A stretch of 62,035 nt of DNA, counting the filler, from Rhabdomonas costata (Eukaryota), in the NCBI GenBank assembly GCA_019059605.1. It is 27 parts of 27 records of this genome, joined end to end, with 100 filler letters (N's around TTAATTAATTAA, not from the genome) between each part and the next. Parts side by side here need not be neighbours in the genome. Positions count along the whole stretch, not along the records: positions 1 to 2,205 come from JAHMHO010004870.1; positions 2,306 to 4,508 come from JAHMHO010004871.1; positions 4,609 to 6,811 come from JAHMHO010004872.1; positions 6,912 to 9,112 come from JAHMHO010004873.1; positions 9,213 to 11,414 come from JAHMHO010004874.1; positions 11,515 to 13,717 come from JAHMHO010004875.1; 21 more parts are not named here. One strand, written 5' to 3'. Shown here piece after piece: positions 1 through 11,850 of the stretch; positions within the stretch are counted from its first letter, which is position 1, and the number at the start of each line of letters is the position of its first letter. The notes below the pieces were generated by a model. That model made no database searches. It was not told the origin of the DNA and saw only the letters and a list, made by a program, of their open reading frames with translations. The position numbers and the translations under genes were made by a program.

Positions 1-633
1 TTGCTCCATTGCGGCTCAGGTCTCTGCGATTCCACTCTCCTTCCTTGGGGGGCTGGGGTCTTTTCTCGTGGGAATGCCCCTTGGAGCTTTTCTTTCGGAT
101 GGGTGAACGGGCAGCACCGGTATCTGCTTATGTTTTGGGCACATAGCGCGCTGTGTGTGTATGTGTGTGTGTGTGTTTTGGGCGCATTGCGCGCTGGCTG
201 TTGCCTGGTTGCCTGGTTGACTGATTTCTTGCGATGCTCGATCGTACGCTTTTAATCCTGCGCACTGGGTCCGTCTCAATGCTCAATGCGGGTTCGTTCT
301 AGGTGCTCCTCCCTCGGGTGCGCGAAGGGATATCTTTGGAACTTGCATGCCGTCCCGTGCCGTCCCGTCCCGTGTGTGTGTGTGTGAAGAATCGCCTCAG
401 CGTTTTTTGGATTGCCAAAAACCAGAACCTAAAAAGTAAACTAACCCGCGAGTGTACAGCAAAGCCACAAGCTAAATAGCGTTCCCGACATGTTGCAGCA
501 ATTAGGCAGAAGCGCCCCCCCCCCTGCGAACCGCTTTGGTTCACTCCTTGACCCACACGCAGCTTTTATCTAAAGGTGTATTGGGAGGAGGGGTGAGAGG
601 TGTCGGAATGCAGAGGAGCGGGCTGGCGGCAAC

Positions 634-1948
634 CTGAGCATGGGTTGGCAGCGCCGCCGGGGCAGGTCAGCTGGCAGGTCGCCCCACGGTACCCCGGAAG
701 GCACACGCAGGCCCCGGTGCCGTTGACGCCCTGGTCACAGCGGCCTCGAGTGGCGCCCGAGCAGGCCCGGTTCGCGTTGGGGGGACACGCCGAGTCACAT
801 CCCACACCTGGCACGCATATCGTGCAATGTGGTCGCTCATTGTCAACTTGGAAGAACCGTTCAGAGAGGTTCCGGGAGGGCAGACTTAACGCAAAGCACG
901 TTCTTGACATGAGCGAAGGAGGAGGAGGGGGGTCCTTTGTATCAGATTGTAGGTACACAAACACGCACACTGGCATTCACACCAACACACAGACATGCAC
1001 GCGGACTCAAACACAGCCTTTTTCCACCACACCGTAGTAATTGGGATGGCAGATGCACTTCGCCGTGGTGAAGTCACACACGCCGTGGCCTGAGCAGCTC
1101 TGGTTGGTGCTCGGGTCCAGCATCGGGCACAGCAGGGAGCAATCCGCGGTGACATATCCAGGGCTGCACAGGCAGGCCCCCGTGCCTGTAACGCCCTGTT
1201 CCGAAAAACCCGGTAGCAAAAGTGTAACTGTGCTAAGGCAGCACAAAGCCCAGCACGTGCGTCGCCTCAGGGACGGCTGGGCTCATAGCAACAAAAACAC
1301 ATCCGCAAAGTAGACATGCACCGACACCTTTTTCAGACACCCTAACCGGGAACCCGCAGAACACAGACTCATCGCCCGCAAGGGGACGAAACGGCGGCAA
1401 GAGCAGTGAGCCTGGTGACAAGACAAAAGATGTCCAAACGAGCACCATTCACCATTCCAAAGGATGGTAGATGCAGGATTTTTTGCTTGACTTTTATGGA
1501 CCGTTATGTTGCCTGTTCGCGTCGGTCTATGTTTACGAAGTGAAAATGAAGGTAACACATACATACATGTGCACAAGAGCGGGGATAAAAAGAAACATTG
1601 CCCCTATCCTATCGCATGCCCAGCCTGGGGTTGCTCGCACCGAGGAGACTCGACAGCGGTGACGCGAATCCTAAACGCCATGCAAGAAGACGTGACGTGC
1701 AGAAGGCAACTGCTGAAGCGGGCAGTTGTCCAAGCAATTTCTCCATTTCATCGCCATTTGCTACCGGAGCCTCGTGCAAAGGTGAGGAAGAGAAGAACGA
1801 AGCGGACTTCATCACAGGTGCCGTGGCCACTGCAGGGCACGTCCGAGGAGTTCCGCATTCCCGTGCACAGGTGGGTGCAGGCCGCGCCCCAGGTGTTGCG
1901 GGGGCAGATCACGGGGCACGTCTCGTTACACGCCACCCCGCACATGTT
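634..1948 (-). CDS. EGF/laminin-like cysteine-rich repeat protein, internal exons (1948-1808, 1195-1033, 807-634)
   Basis: GT-AG splicing joins the exons in phase: ...PCSGHGTCDE|GVTGTGACLCSPGYVTADCS...CHPNYYG|VGCDSACP...GTGACVCLPGYRGATCQLTCPGGAANPCSG. Repeated CSGHG-C-C-C EGF motifs. Confidence 0.88.
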
Positions 1949-2205
1949 CTGCAAGGGACCACACAAGAAAGAAAGGTCTGTATAAACACGAACTAAGCGA
2001 AAAGGCTTCGTTATCGCATTGCCCTCGAACAAGTTCCAGGGCGGGAAAGAGGGAAGGTATTAATCCTGTCCTGTGGTGCCATTCCGGTGCACCTAAAGGT
2101 ACCTTTCCACGACTCATGATTTACGGACTTTTTCAAGGGATGTCCGATGTCACTGAAACACTGCCATGTACACTATTCGGCTCTGCTGAGATTCGGGGGG
2201 GGGGG

Positions 2206-2305
2206 NNNNNNNNNNNNNNNNNNNNNNNNNNNNNNNNNNNNNNNNNNNNTTAATTAATTAANNNNNNNNNNNNNNNNNNNNNNNNNNNNNNNNNNNNNNN
2301 NNNNN
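2206..2305. other. Artificial contig-joining spacer (44 N + TTAATTAATTAA + 44 N); first of 26 copies, about every 2.3 kb up to 59736-59835
   Basis: The same 100-nt block recurs 26 times. TTAATTAATTAA puts stop codons in all six frames, and genes are truncated at the spacers. Confidence 0.98.
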
Positions 2306-4613
2306 TTGTGGTGTTTTTGAACAGTATTTGCATGCAGTTTTTAACAAATTTGCATTAGGCATAATCATGTTCGCAAAGTAAGGCAAGTTTGTTTGTTGTT
2401 TGTCGCGTTTAGAGGACAATGGACTTTATTCTGGATGATCAGAGAGATGCAATTGATTTTAAGTGGATAAAGTCTTGGTGCACACGCACATTTTGGTGAG
2501 AATTTGAAGATTAATCAGGTTAAAATTTATATTTTAGTTTTTTCATATGGTAATATGGAGCATTTATACGAACCAGTATGGTTCTTGGAACAAAGTAGTA
2601 CCTAAAGTGTGTACTATTGCCACATTAAAGATCAGTTTTGTACAATAACCATATAGCGCTGGATTCAAAGACACAAAAACATAAACACGGATGTGTAGAT
2701 CAAAATTACTCAGCACTGTAAATTGGCAAAGCAGTGGTAATAAAACATTCAAGCACTAAAGAGGAGATATGTAAAATAAAAAACAAGCGCAGAACAACGG
2801 AAATTTGAGAGCAAATGTGATTAGAAAGAAAGCCAAGGCACAATTGTGAAAATAAAACATCTTAGTGACTTACTTCACAGAACTGGAGCAACTGGAGCAG
2901 ACTGAATAAGCCATTAACAACAGCTAACACCAACCACATGATACTAGGAAGGCGGTGTTGCACGAAAAAACGTGGTTGCGGTGGGATTGTGGAAAGCTGA
3001 TTTTGTGTCTTTGTGTTTTTGCAGTGTGGTGGATGTGGTACTGGCTCTAGTGGTTCTGGTTTGTGTTGTTGCTGTTTGTTGTGTAGCGTAGTGTTTTACA
3101 TTATTCCATTCCATGCTTTTCTTGCTTAGGCTTATGGCCGTGTGTGTCTTTGAATTTATATTTTTGTTAATAGTAGGCATGGTTTCCAATGGAGTGATTA
3201 TCTGGATAGATGGTGGAGTACAACCAGTCGCAATGTGAGAGGTCATCATCAGTGTGCTGGTCGCGTGTTATGACTGACGCTTTCGCTTGTATGGAATTAA
3301 TCGACTTTAGATAAAAGGTTCTTGCGAGTAATTGATGGCAATATGACACGTAGGTGTCTTCAGTTGTTATACGCGCTAATCCTGTTCGTTTTTTTTAATA
3401 GTTGCAGGTACAAAGACTTACAGTGACACACTTACAGTGACACAGTGTTATCCAACAACTTCCTGGACTCAGTGTTAGAAGAATCCCATCTTCTGTTGAC
3501 TGACTTGTGTAAACCAGACAATCTGCGGCAATTTTCAGGTGAATGTGATTTTGTTGGAATAAGCGTCTGCAGGTTTACTGGTGTTAAACAACCCGATTTA
3601 TATTTTATGTGCCGATGGAGAATGTCAGAGCGTTTGTATCGGATGGATACAAAAAAGGTGTATAAAGAACAGTGTGGCTAGCGAGAAAAGAGCTCCATGT
3701 GCGCAAAAAAGACGAGAACGGAAGGATAAGTGGAAACAATTCAGAGCGCGGCGTGCGGCGCGCAGCGCTAAGGTGTCCCGTAACGAAACGATGGTGCATG
3801 CTTCTGCCAATATGGATTACAACTACCTCGATGGAGGGATGAACCATCCCCGGTTTGGCGCTATGGCAACCAAAACACCGAATTACCACTTTTCCCAAGA
3901 AACGTTCCCTCATTTTCACTCCTTTTGAAGCTCTTGTGGACGCCAAAAAAACCACTTTTCAAGGCATTTGCCCCCAGAATCCGTTCACAGAGCCTCAAAA
4001 ATCCCTCAAATTGTCATGAAAACGCGTTTTTTTGGAACCCACGACCTCACAAACGTCATGTTAAGTCGATTTCTGTAGGGTCGATTTTTTCACCCCAGAC
4101 ACCCCATTTTCGACCCTTGCATGGTACCACCGAGGCAGGCCTCAAAAAGGTCCTAAATTCGGCCAAAAGCGGTGTTTTCAGCGTCAAGATGGTCAACTAA
4201 AAGCACCAAACCGCGTTTTTTGTGTTTTCCGATCAGAAAAGTGAGAATAGGTCACTTTTTCCGAGCTGTAATCGAAGACTACTTCGTTCTATAGTCCAAA
4301 AATACGATCTTCAGCGTTTTTGGAGAAACAAAATTCGGCAATGTCCGCGGGCCCGAAATCAATTTTCATGAGGGTTTATTAGGTTCGAAAAATTTAAATC
4401 GTAGAAATTTTGCCCCGGAAGTTTTCCATCTGATATTCCACCCCCACAAACCTGGGCTTGAAGGCCCTACGGAGTCTTGAAACGCCTACTTCTTCGCTCA
4501 ACAAAAAANNNNNNNNNNNNNNNNNNNNNNNNNNNNNNNNNNNNNNNNNNNNTTAATTAATTAANNNNNNNNNNNNNNNNNNNNNNNNNNNNNNNNNNNN
4601 NNNNNNNNGTGTG

Positions 4614-6677
4614 TTCTTTCTCGCGGCGCTTCGCGTCCTCCCACGCGGCTTTCTGGATGGCGAGGTTGCGCCTGACAAGGAGGAAGGGGCAAGTATACAG
4701 GAAGGTTTGGAAACGTGCGGCTGGTTTGACCTTTTTATTTGGCGAATCCATCCCCCTCATTTGCGTTCGATAAAGTGAAATTTCATTCCCTTTTCATATC
4801 TATCAAAAAGGCAAACGATTGTGCTCTTCATGACCTATTTTTTCTTCAAAAAGTAATGGAAAAGCCACGATAAACATGGCTTTGAAACAGATTCAACTCA
4901 AAATACAGTTTAACTCAAAAAGAAGTTTGAAGCAAAATATGTGCACGCTTATGCTTTGTTTTGCCCGATGTTTCTGTCTCCGTCACTTGCAGCACTTGAA
5001 GGAATTACCACAAAGAATAAGAGCATCCGTACCGCGGTATACCACTGGTAAAATACCAGATGCACGGAATGGCCAAGCACTGAAATTCCAGGTCCGTTCC
5101 CTTCTCAGCTCGAAAAATGAACTATACGGATCTTTCGCGTTCTCCACAGTGCGGGTTCTGTCCTTTGACCTGTACCCACAGTCCGGTGGAGAGAAAAAAT
5201 AATGACGAAGGAATACCTCAAATCCTCATTCATGCGCTTGGTGCGCTCGAGGTCGTCCTGGGCCCGCTGGATTTTCTTCAGCCTCTCCTGCTCCCACATC
5301 TCGCTGAAGATTTGGTTGTCTGGCGGCAGCGCAAACAGCAGACGCAAACAACGGGAAAAAAGAATAACCTAAGGGCGGCGCAAAGTTCCTCATTCCTCAC
5401 CACGACAACTGAAGTGAGCTCGAGTGTGAAAAAAAACAAGTGCCAGCAACCCAACAGGCGGACTCAATGCATCAGAACGTGACAGAACGCGTTGCTCGCG
5501 TTGAGATGCATTTGCGTTGCGGCTCTTCTTTCTGAAGTGTATGATTACTCTCGAGTTTTCATTGGTGGTTTATCCATACTTTTGAATGAACATCTATCAG
5601 TGACCGATCATAATTTCCTCGACGACCTGGAAGGTCTTCCACATGTATGTGTGTGGGGAATGTCCAAACCTCCCTCTCTCTCCTCCTCGACGTACCAAGT
5701 GATAACGAGTCCCGTATGTGAATAGTTACGTATGCTCAATCATCTTTATGTCACACTCTTGATTTACCTTATTCCGTCAACCTTGCAGTTCATTGCAAAA
5801 TCTGAGTGAAGATGAGAATGAGCAAGGCCTTCCGCCAAAAAATGCCGCTGGGGTGGGAAAACTACCTTCTCGCTCCTGTCGTTTCTTCTCCTCGTTCCAG
5901 AGGATCTGCTCTCGGCGATCTTCAGCCACCTGCAACATGAGCAGAGATGTGTCGGCGGCAGAGGGGGTTTACTTTGTACATAAATCCTGGAACAGAACAC
6001 AGAGATTCACTCTCTTCACAAACAAAGGTGGCGGAAAACAGAAATGCACAAAGCTGCCACGGCGGTGAAGTGCCGGCCCAGGGTGATGGAAGGAGGAGGA
6101 AAAGGACCTGCAGCACGGTGTTCTTGCTGACGGCTGACCGGAGCTCGTCGCACTGGTCCCTAAGCAGTGACGGAAGTTGCCTTGGGGTTGGGGATTGGGC
6201 GATAATCCCTTTCGGCTTCATTCAAAATCAAATCCATATGAATATGATACAAAATGTCGCGCCACACCGCCCCCTAAGCAACAAGATGGGGTGTAGTCAG
6301 GTAAGGCTGCAAAGCTCCAAAGCCTCGGGGAAAGGAGAGAAAAAAATCGAGCGAAAGCATGTTTTGTCGAGATGATGGTGAGATGTCACCAGTGTTTAGG
6401 AGAAAAAGCGAAGGTGACAAAAAGAGGAAACAAAAAGAGTGTGTCACGGAGCTGCGAGACAGAGGAAGATTATGTGGATCTTGTATTGTATGAATCTTGT
6501 GAGAGTAAGGATAGGGAAACAAAGGGGTAAGAAGGAAAACGATGGCGAGGATAGTGATGTCACGCATGTTGGGCAAAATAGTCATGGTGGTGGTGATGAA
6601 TGTGAAAACCGGAAAGCCCGCTCAAGTCTTTCCTCAGCCTCAGCCTTGCGCTTCGCCTCGCGCTGCTCCTTCAGCTC
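4614..6677 (-). CDS. CFAP53: Cilia- and flagella-associated protein 53 (CCDC11), partial; exons 6677-6610, 6159-6108, 5929-5866, 5319-5217, 4671-4614
   Basis: The spliced product ELKEQREAKRKAEAEERLERAFRDQCDELRSAVSKNTVLQVAEDRREQILWNEEKKRQEREDNQIFSEMWEQERLKK matches the recalled CFAP53 pattern FR..C.ELR...Q.V.E.R..QI..NEE..RQ....Q.FS..WE..RL.K. All junctions are GT-AG and in phase. Confidence 0.82.
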
Positions 6678-7276
6678 CTGTGTGGTGGGCAGTGGTGGTT
6701 CGTATGTCAACATGGAGTGAAGAACATACATCTGCAACGCTTATCTGTCACCTATCCCATCGCTATTGCCCAGCAGTGTATCAGCCCATGGGAAGAAGAT
6801 TTAATAGCTTTNNNNNNNNNNNNNNNNNNNNNNNNNNNNNNNNNNNNNNNNNNNNTTAATTAATTAANNNNNNNNNNNNNNNNNNNNNNNNNNNNNNNNN
6901 NNNNNNNNNNNTTGTTGTGTTGTCATGGGAGGTGCGTTGGTGGTTAGGGTTCGTTGTGCTTCTGTGGGTCCATGAGGGTTCAGTGTCACGGGTTCGGCGA
7001 AAGGGGTCAAGTTGCGTGGTTCTTCGGTGGTCAGGGGCTGGGTTCAGTGTTGTACGTGTAGTGGTTGTGCGCTTGGGTGTCGAGGGGTTTCTTTGGGTGG
7101 TGTTTGTGGTGCAGAGAGAGGCTGGTGATGGTGCAGGAGGGTAATGTGTGTTGGAAGTAATTGGGTTGCTTTCTTGCGTTGGGTGGGTCAGACATTCGGG
7201 GTCGGGGTTCTTGAGGTAGGGTTCGGTATCCGTGTCGATGGTTTGTTTGTGTTGGGTTCTTCGGCGTGTCTTCCTC

Positions 7277-7334
7277 TTACCCATAGGTCTTAGTGCATTT
7301 GGGTTTTACCCATAGGTCTTAGTGCATTTGGGTT
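7277..7334 (+). repeat. Perfect 29-bp tandem duplication inside a G/T-rich low-complexity block
   Basis: TTACCCATAGGTCTTAGTGCATTTGGGTT occurs at 7277-7305 and 7306-7334. Confidence 0.9.
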
Positions 7335-8441
7335 CGTTTGGCCTTCGTCTCTGGGTTCGTTTCCGGGTTCGGGTTACTGTCTCCGTTGTTTGCTGGGTTC
7401 TTTCGCTGTGTTGCAAGTGGTATTGAAGAGGACGTATAGTACGACGGCGTTGTTGTCTCCAGGATAGTCATTGGGTTCTGTGCAGGAATGGGTGTTGGTG
7501 TGCAATTGTCTACGGGGTTTGTTCTAGGTGTTTGTATTGTCCTTCTCCCGAGTGAGCGTTTTCGAGTGTGGTGGCTGTTGGTTGTGAATTAGATGCTGGG
7601 GTGGTGTTGCGCGGTCTTCATGCGAATGTTGTTTCTGTGTTTTTCATGTGCGTGTAGTCTCATATGATCCGTTGTTTGTTGCATGGCTCTTCGTTGTCTC
7701 GTGGTGCAATCTGGTGTATTGGTGTGTGGATCTGGTTATTGCTGTGTTGTGCTTGCTTTACGGGGTATTCGTTGGTGTAGGGTCAGATGTATCTGTGGGC
7801 TTTGGTGGTGATTAGCTCTCTGTTTACGACGCTTCCTGTGGTTGGTGTAAAAATCTTGAATTTGTTGTGAGGTGGTTTGGTGGTGTCTGGTGTTACGGTA
7901 AATAGGTGTTTTAGCACTGCGTAACGGAGCATCGCCCACCCCATGGAACGTTCCAACCCAGCCCTACGCTCCGGCTGCGCCACGAACTGACCGTAGCCAC
8001 GAAAACAATCTTGTCCCCGTTGCCTGTCAAATCCTATCAATTCCAATTATTCGCATTTAACTGGGAATGCCCCACTCCAAGCACAAGCGTCTCCATGCTA
8101 GCTGCTGGCTGTCAAAGAGGGCACTCGAGTGGCAAGTTTCTTTTGTTTTCATGGATGGCTTCCACGCCACCCAAGATAAAGCAGATTATCACTAGAACTT
8201 CGTCGCCGTACGGTTTGGTTTTCTCCTTTTGCTCGCAGTCCTCAGTGGTTCTGGGTTGTCAGGAATTTCCCCGCACTCCTTCATGCAAAGAAGTTTCAAG
8301 TCATCACAGTTGAATGGCCTCGTTCTGTTGCTGTGGTGTGTTGTGCTTTGTTGCTGCGGAATGGGAATGGTGGGTGAGCACATGGGCATTCACCCCCTCA
8401 CAGCGAAGACAACATAGCTTTCGTTTCGGTTACGTTCCTCA

Positions 8442-9105
8442 GACTTCTGATCGAGTGGTTGGTATACTTCGGGAGTGAGTTCGACGTGGAGAACAACGTC
8501 GTACATATCACCCGCTTCAACACCGCTACGCGTGCGCGCACCCACCGTCACCCTTTTATCTGCTTCCCATTGTCTACTTCTCGGCCTGCCATTGTCTTAC
8601 ATTTTTCCAAAATTCGATGTTTCCTCCATGTGAATCGGTATTAATTCCCCGAGTGTGTTATGCCCACCAATCCCTTCTTCCCTGAAAAATAAGCGTACTA
8701 TGCGTCTCCAACTGCTACGGCGGCCCGCGATAACATGAAAGAGGACTCCATTGGAAATATTCTGGGGAGCGTTTTCGCGACCTCTTGACCGAAACCTTCG
8801 CGTGTTGCGCAGCAGCGTCGGCTTTCAGTTAGCTCACAGTCCGGCGAGCTGGGCGTTGGCCTTTTGCTGTTTCCCTTGTTTGTCGCTTGTTCCCTTGTTT
8901 GTCGCTTGTTTGTCGCTGCAGCACATGTGTAAAGCCTAAAATCTCCTTCTCCGCGTATCACGTGGTGCCGCCGGTCGCTAGAATATTAGCTCTCTCTATT
9001 ATTCTGGTTTGCTTTGGCATTTCCCTTCCTTTTGCGCAGAGGAACTGGAGGACCTTCCGAAGCGCCAGAAAGGCTGGCGGCACTTTGCGCTAGCCGTGGA
9101 GGACC
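8442..9105 (+). CDS. Hypothetical protein, two probable exons (8442-8531, 9040 to contig end)
   Basis: Pyrimidine-rich CAG acceptors. The phase-1 join gives LLIEWLVYFGSEFDVENNVVHITRFNTATQELEDLPKRQKGWRHFALAVEDP. No family recognised. Confidence 0.35.
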
Positions 9106-9212
9106 CCCACCCNNNNNNNNNNNNNNNNNNNNNNNNNNNNNNNNNNNNNNNNNNNNTTAATTAATTAANNNNNNNNNNNNNNNNNNNNNNNNNNNNNNNN
9201 NNNNNNNNNNNN

Positions 9213-10224
9213 TGTTGTTGGTCACCGTGCTCCGCAGCTTTGCGAAAGAGCTCCAAAGCTTTATCCAGATCCTTGGCAACCCCCTCGCCATTTTTGAAAC
9301 ACAACGCGAGGCTGTTCTGAGACGGCGGGTGGTCTTGCTCCGCAGCCTTTTGAAACCACTCGAAGGCCTTCAGGGGGTCCGGTCTAACCCCATGACCATT
9401 CCTGTAGCACAGTGCTAGGCAGTGCTGTGCAGGCGCGTGACCCTGATCTGCCGCCAAGCCGTACCACTCGAAAGCCTTGCGAAGGTCCTTCTCCGTCCCT
9501 TCGCCACAAAGCAGACACTCCGCGAGGTTGTACTGCCCCGACGCGTCGCCCTGATCTGCAGCCTTGCGGAACAGGTATACCGCCTTCTCGGCATACTTCC
9601 CGACCCCATCGCCATTCTTAAAGCAAAGACCTTGGCGGCACTGCGCCCGTGCCAGGCCCTGATCGGCAGCTTTGCGGTACCACTCATACGCCTTCCTGGG
9701 ATCACGGCTCGTCCCTTGAGCAGTTCGAAAGCATTCCGCAAGGTTGTACTGAGCTGGTGCATAACCCTGGTCGGCGGCCTTCCGAAACCACTTCACCGAT
9801 CTGGGGAGGTTAACCATGACGCCCTCACCATGCTGGTAGCAAAGCCCGAGGCTGTTCTGCGACTGCGCATCGCCCTGATCCGCGGCCTTATGGAACCACT
9901 CGAAGGCCTTTCCATGATCTTTCTCAACCCCCTCGCCATTGAGATAGCACTCTGCCAAGTTGTGTTGAGCGGGGGCGTGGCCCTGATCCGCCGCCTTGTG
10001 CAGCCACTCTGAAGCCTTCTTTGTGTCCTTCTTCACCCCATCCCCATTCTTGAAGCACAGCGCAAGGGCAAACTGAGCCTGAGCGCAGCCATGCTCTGCG
10101 GTCTTCCGGTACCACTCTACGGCTTTTTCCAAGTTCGCGTGATCCATCCCGCGGCCCAGCTTGCTCGGCTCAAACTTGGCGCTGTGACGCACACAGTGAC
10201 CCAAATTAAAAAACCATGGTGCAT
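9213..10224 (-). CDS. Sel1-like repeat (SLR) protein, partial, single long exon
   Basis: Eight complete 36-aa repeats of type AQYNLAECY.NG.GV.KD..KAFEWF.KAADQG, plus one degenerate N-terminal repeat. Runs off the contig end. Confidence 0.95.
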
Positions 10225-11520
10225 CTGCAGCCCGGGTGACCTCGAATAAAAAAGGGAAAAGTGGACGCAATCAGAAATCAGAATAGTTCGTAAAAAAAAT
10301 CAGGCGCAACCAGTGTCGAATTGGAATTCAGTCTTTACCCCACCCGGTTAGCTGAGTCCGAAATTTCCTCGGGACTGCATCATGGACTGCACAAAAAGGC
10401 TGCGAGGCCGTCCTAGCACCCCCTGGCAGTGGCCCTTCAGGCGGCTTTTTTATCTCTCCCACTCCCTTGCCCTCGCAGCCTGAGGATCTGACACAGCAAC
10501 CCCACGTCTGATTATTTTGGTGCACAATCTTTGAGTTGCGCACTTTGAGATGATGTGAACAATGCAAGAACTGACTTTTTTCAATGAACAATGGAGAAGA
10601 ATTTCGATGACTAAAGGAGCAGTTTTTTCGCGCACCTGGAAGCTCCTGTAGAGAAGGCCCTTTGAGCTGGCATGGGCAGGATGGCGGAGTCTGAGGCGGC
10701 CATCAGCGAGGAAGACCAAGTTGGACGAGTACGAGAAGGCTGCACCAAAAGAGATCAAAGACCGAATCTCCATGGATACTGTAGCGGTCGGACATTTTTA
10801 AGAGTATCACAAGTGCCGCGAAGCTGGGCTCATCAATTTTGTCGCTATGACGTTTCGAGGGACCCCTCCTCTCCCCTGTGTTCGTTTCGATTGTAAAATG
10901 GACCACATCACTTCAAGGGGCGATGCATGTCCCCTCGGAATGATTTACTGCTTCTGTTACCCAAATCAGAGGAGAAACCAACATTAACAATGGGAGCACA
11001 GGACCGATTTGAGACCATGGCCCTGATCTTCAAAATTAGATGCAGCACGCAAAGGAGGCGAGGGTACCTCTGTAAGTGGGCTGGCTGGGAACGCGGGCTG
11101 TGAAGGAAAAGTGGGGCAGAGTGGAGGTGGGGTTGAGAGGTTCACAAAGGAACCCCTAAAACCCACAACCAAGTCATTATTAAAGTGATGAAAACCTTTT
11201 GCCACAGATTCAGGTTGCCGTCAAGCTTTGTTTGTTTAGCCTGCTCCCTAACGCTGCAGCGCAATCGACAATGGTATGCACAGGACACAGGAAGCACAGT
11301 AAGAAGCAGAAATTCAGATGAGCTATCCGACTACTCCAATGTCAGCATGGAATGCTGGGGGCGCCAAGCCGTTCGGGATGCAGAAAGGCCCCAGTACGAC
11401 ATGGAACCCACACANNNNNNNNNNNNNNNNNNNNNNNNNNNNNNNNNNNNNNNNNNNNTTAATTAATTAANNNNNNNNNNNNNNNNNNNNNNNNNNNNNN
11501 NNNNNNNNNNNNNNGGGTGG

Positions 11521-11823
11521 TTGTTTCCTCTCCACGCAGTGCATTTTAGTGTCCCCCCACCCTTTGAAGACCTGCGTTAACGGTACACGAAGTTCTTCAC
11601 GTTTCGCCCTTCGAGTGTGATACCGTGAATCATGCGTTCCATCGAGTGGTACAAATGTGCGAGCTCGCCGCGTTGCACACAAAGAGACCTTTGAATAACA
11701 TTTCAAGTAACCAGACAGGTCTCCAGCAATTCGAGGTCGAAACGTGAAGAACTTCGTGTACCGTTAACGCAGGTCTTCAAAGGGTGGGGGGACACTAAAA
11801 TGCACTGCGTGGAGAGGAAACAA
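11521..11823. repeat. Perfect 86-bp inverted repeat at contig start (probable amplification fold-back)
   Basis: 11521-11606 is the exact reverse complement of 11738-11823, with a 131-nt spacer. Confidence 0.9.
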
Positions 11824-11850
11824 GCACCTTCCGCTCCATGGGTAGACGAC

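Noticed and set aside
2560-2940. Alternative genetic code (TAA/TAG as Gln) in the AT-rich contig
   Set aside because: Read-through gives no recognisable protein and TGA stops persist. Host genes terminate with TAA and TGA normally.
11521-11823. Perfect inverted repeats (also 38916-39018 and 45774-45924) as MITEs, miRNA hairpins or hairpin telomeres
   Set aside because: All three are 100% identical arms, unrelated to each other, lack target-site duplications and end within about 10 nt of a contig end. This is typical of amplification fold-back chimeras.
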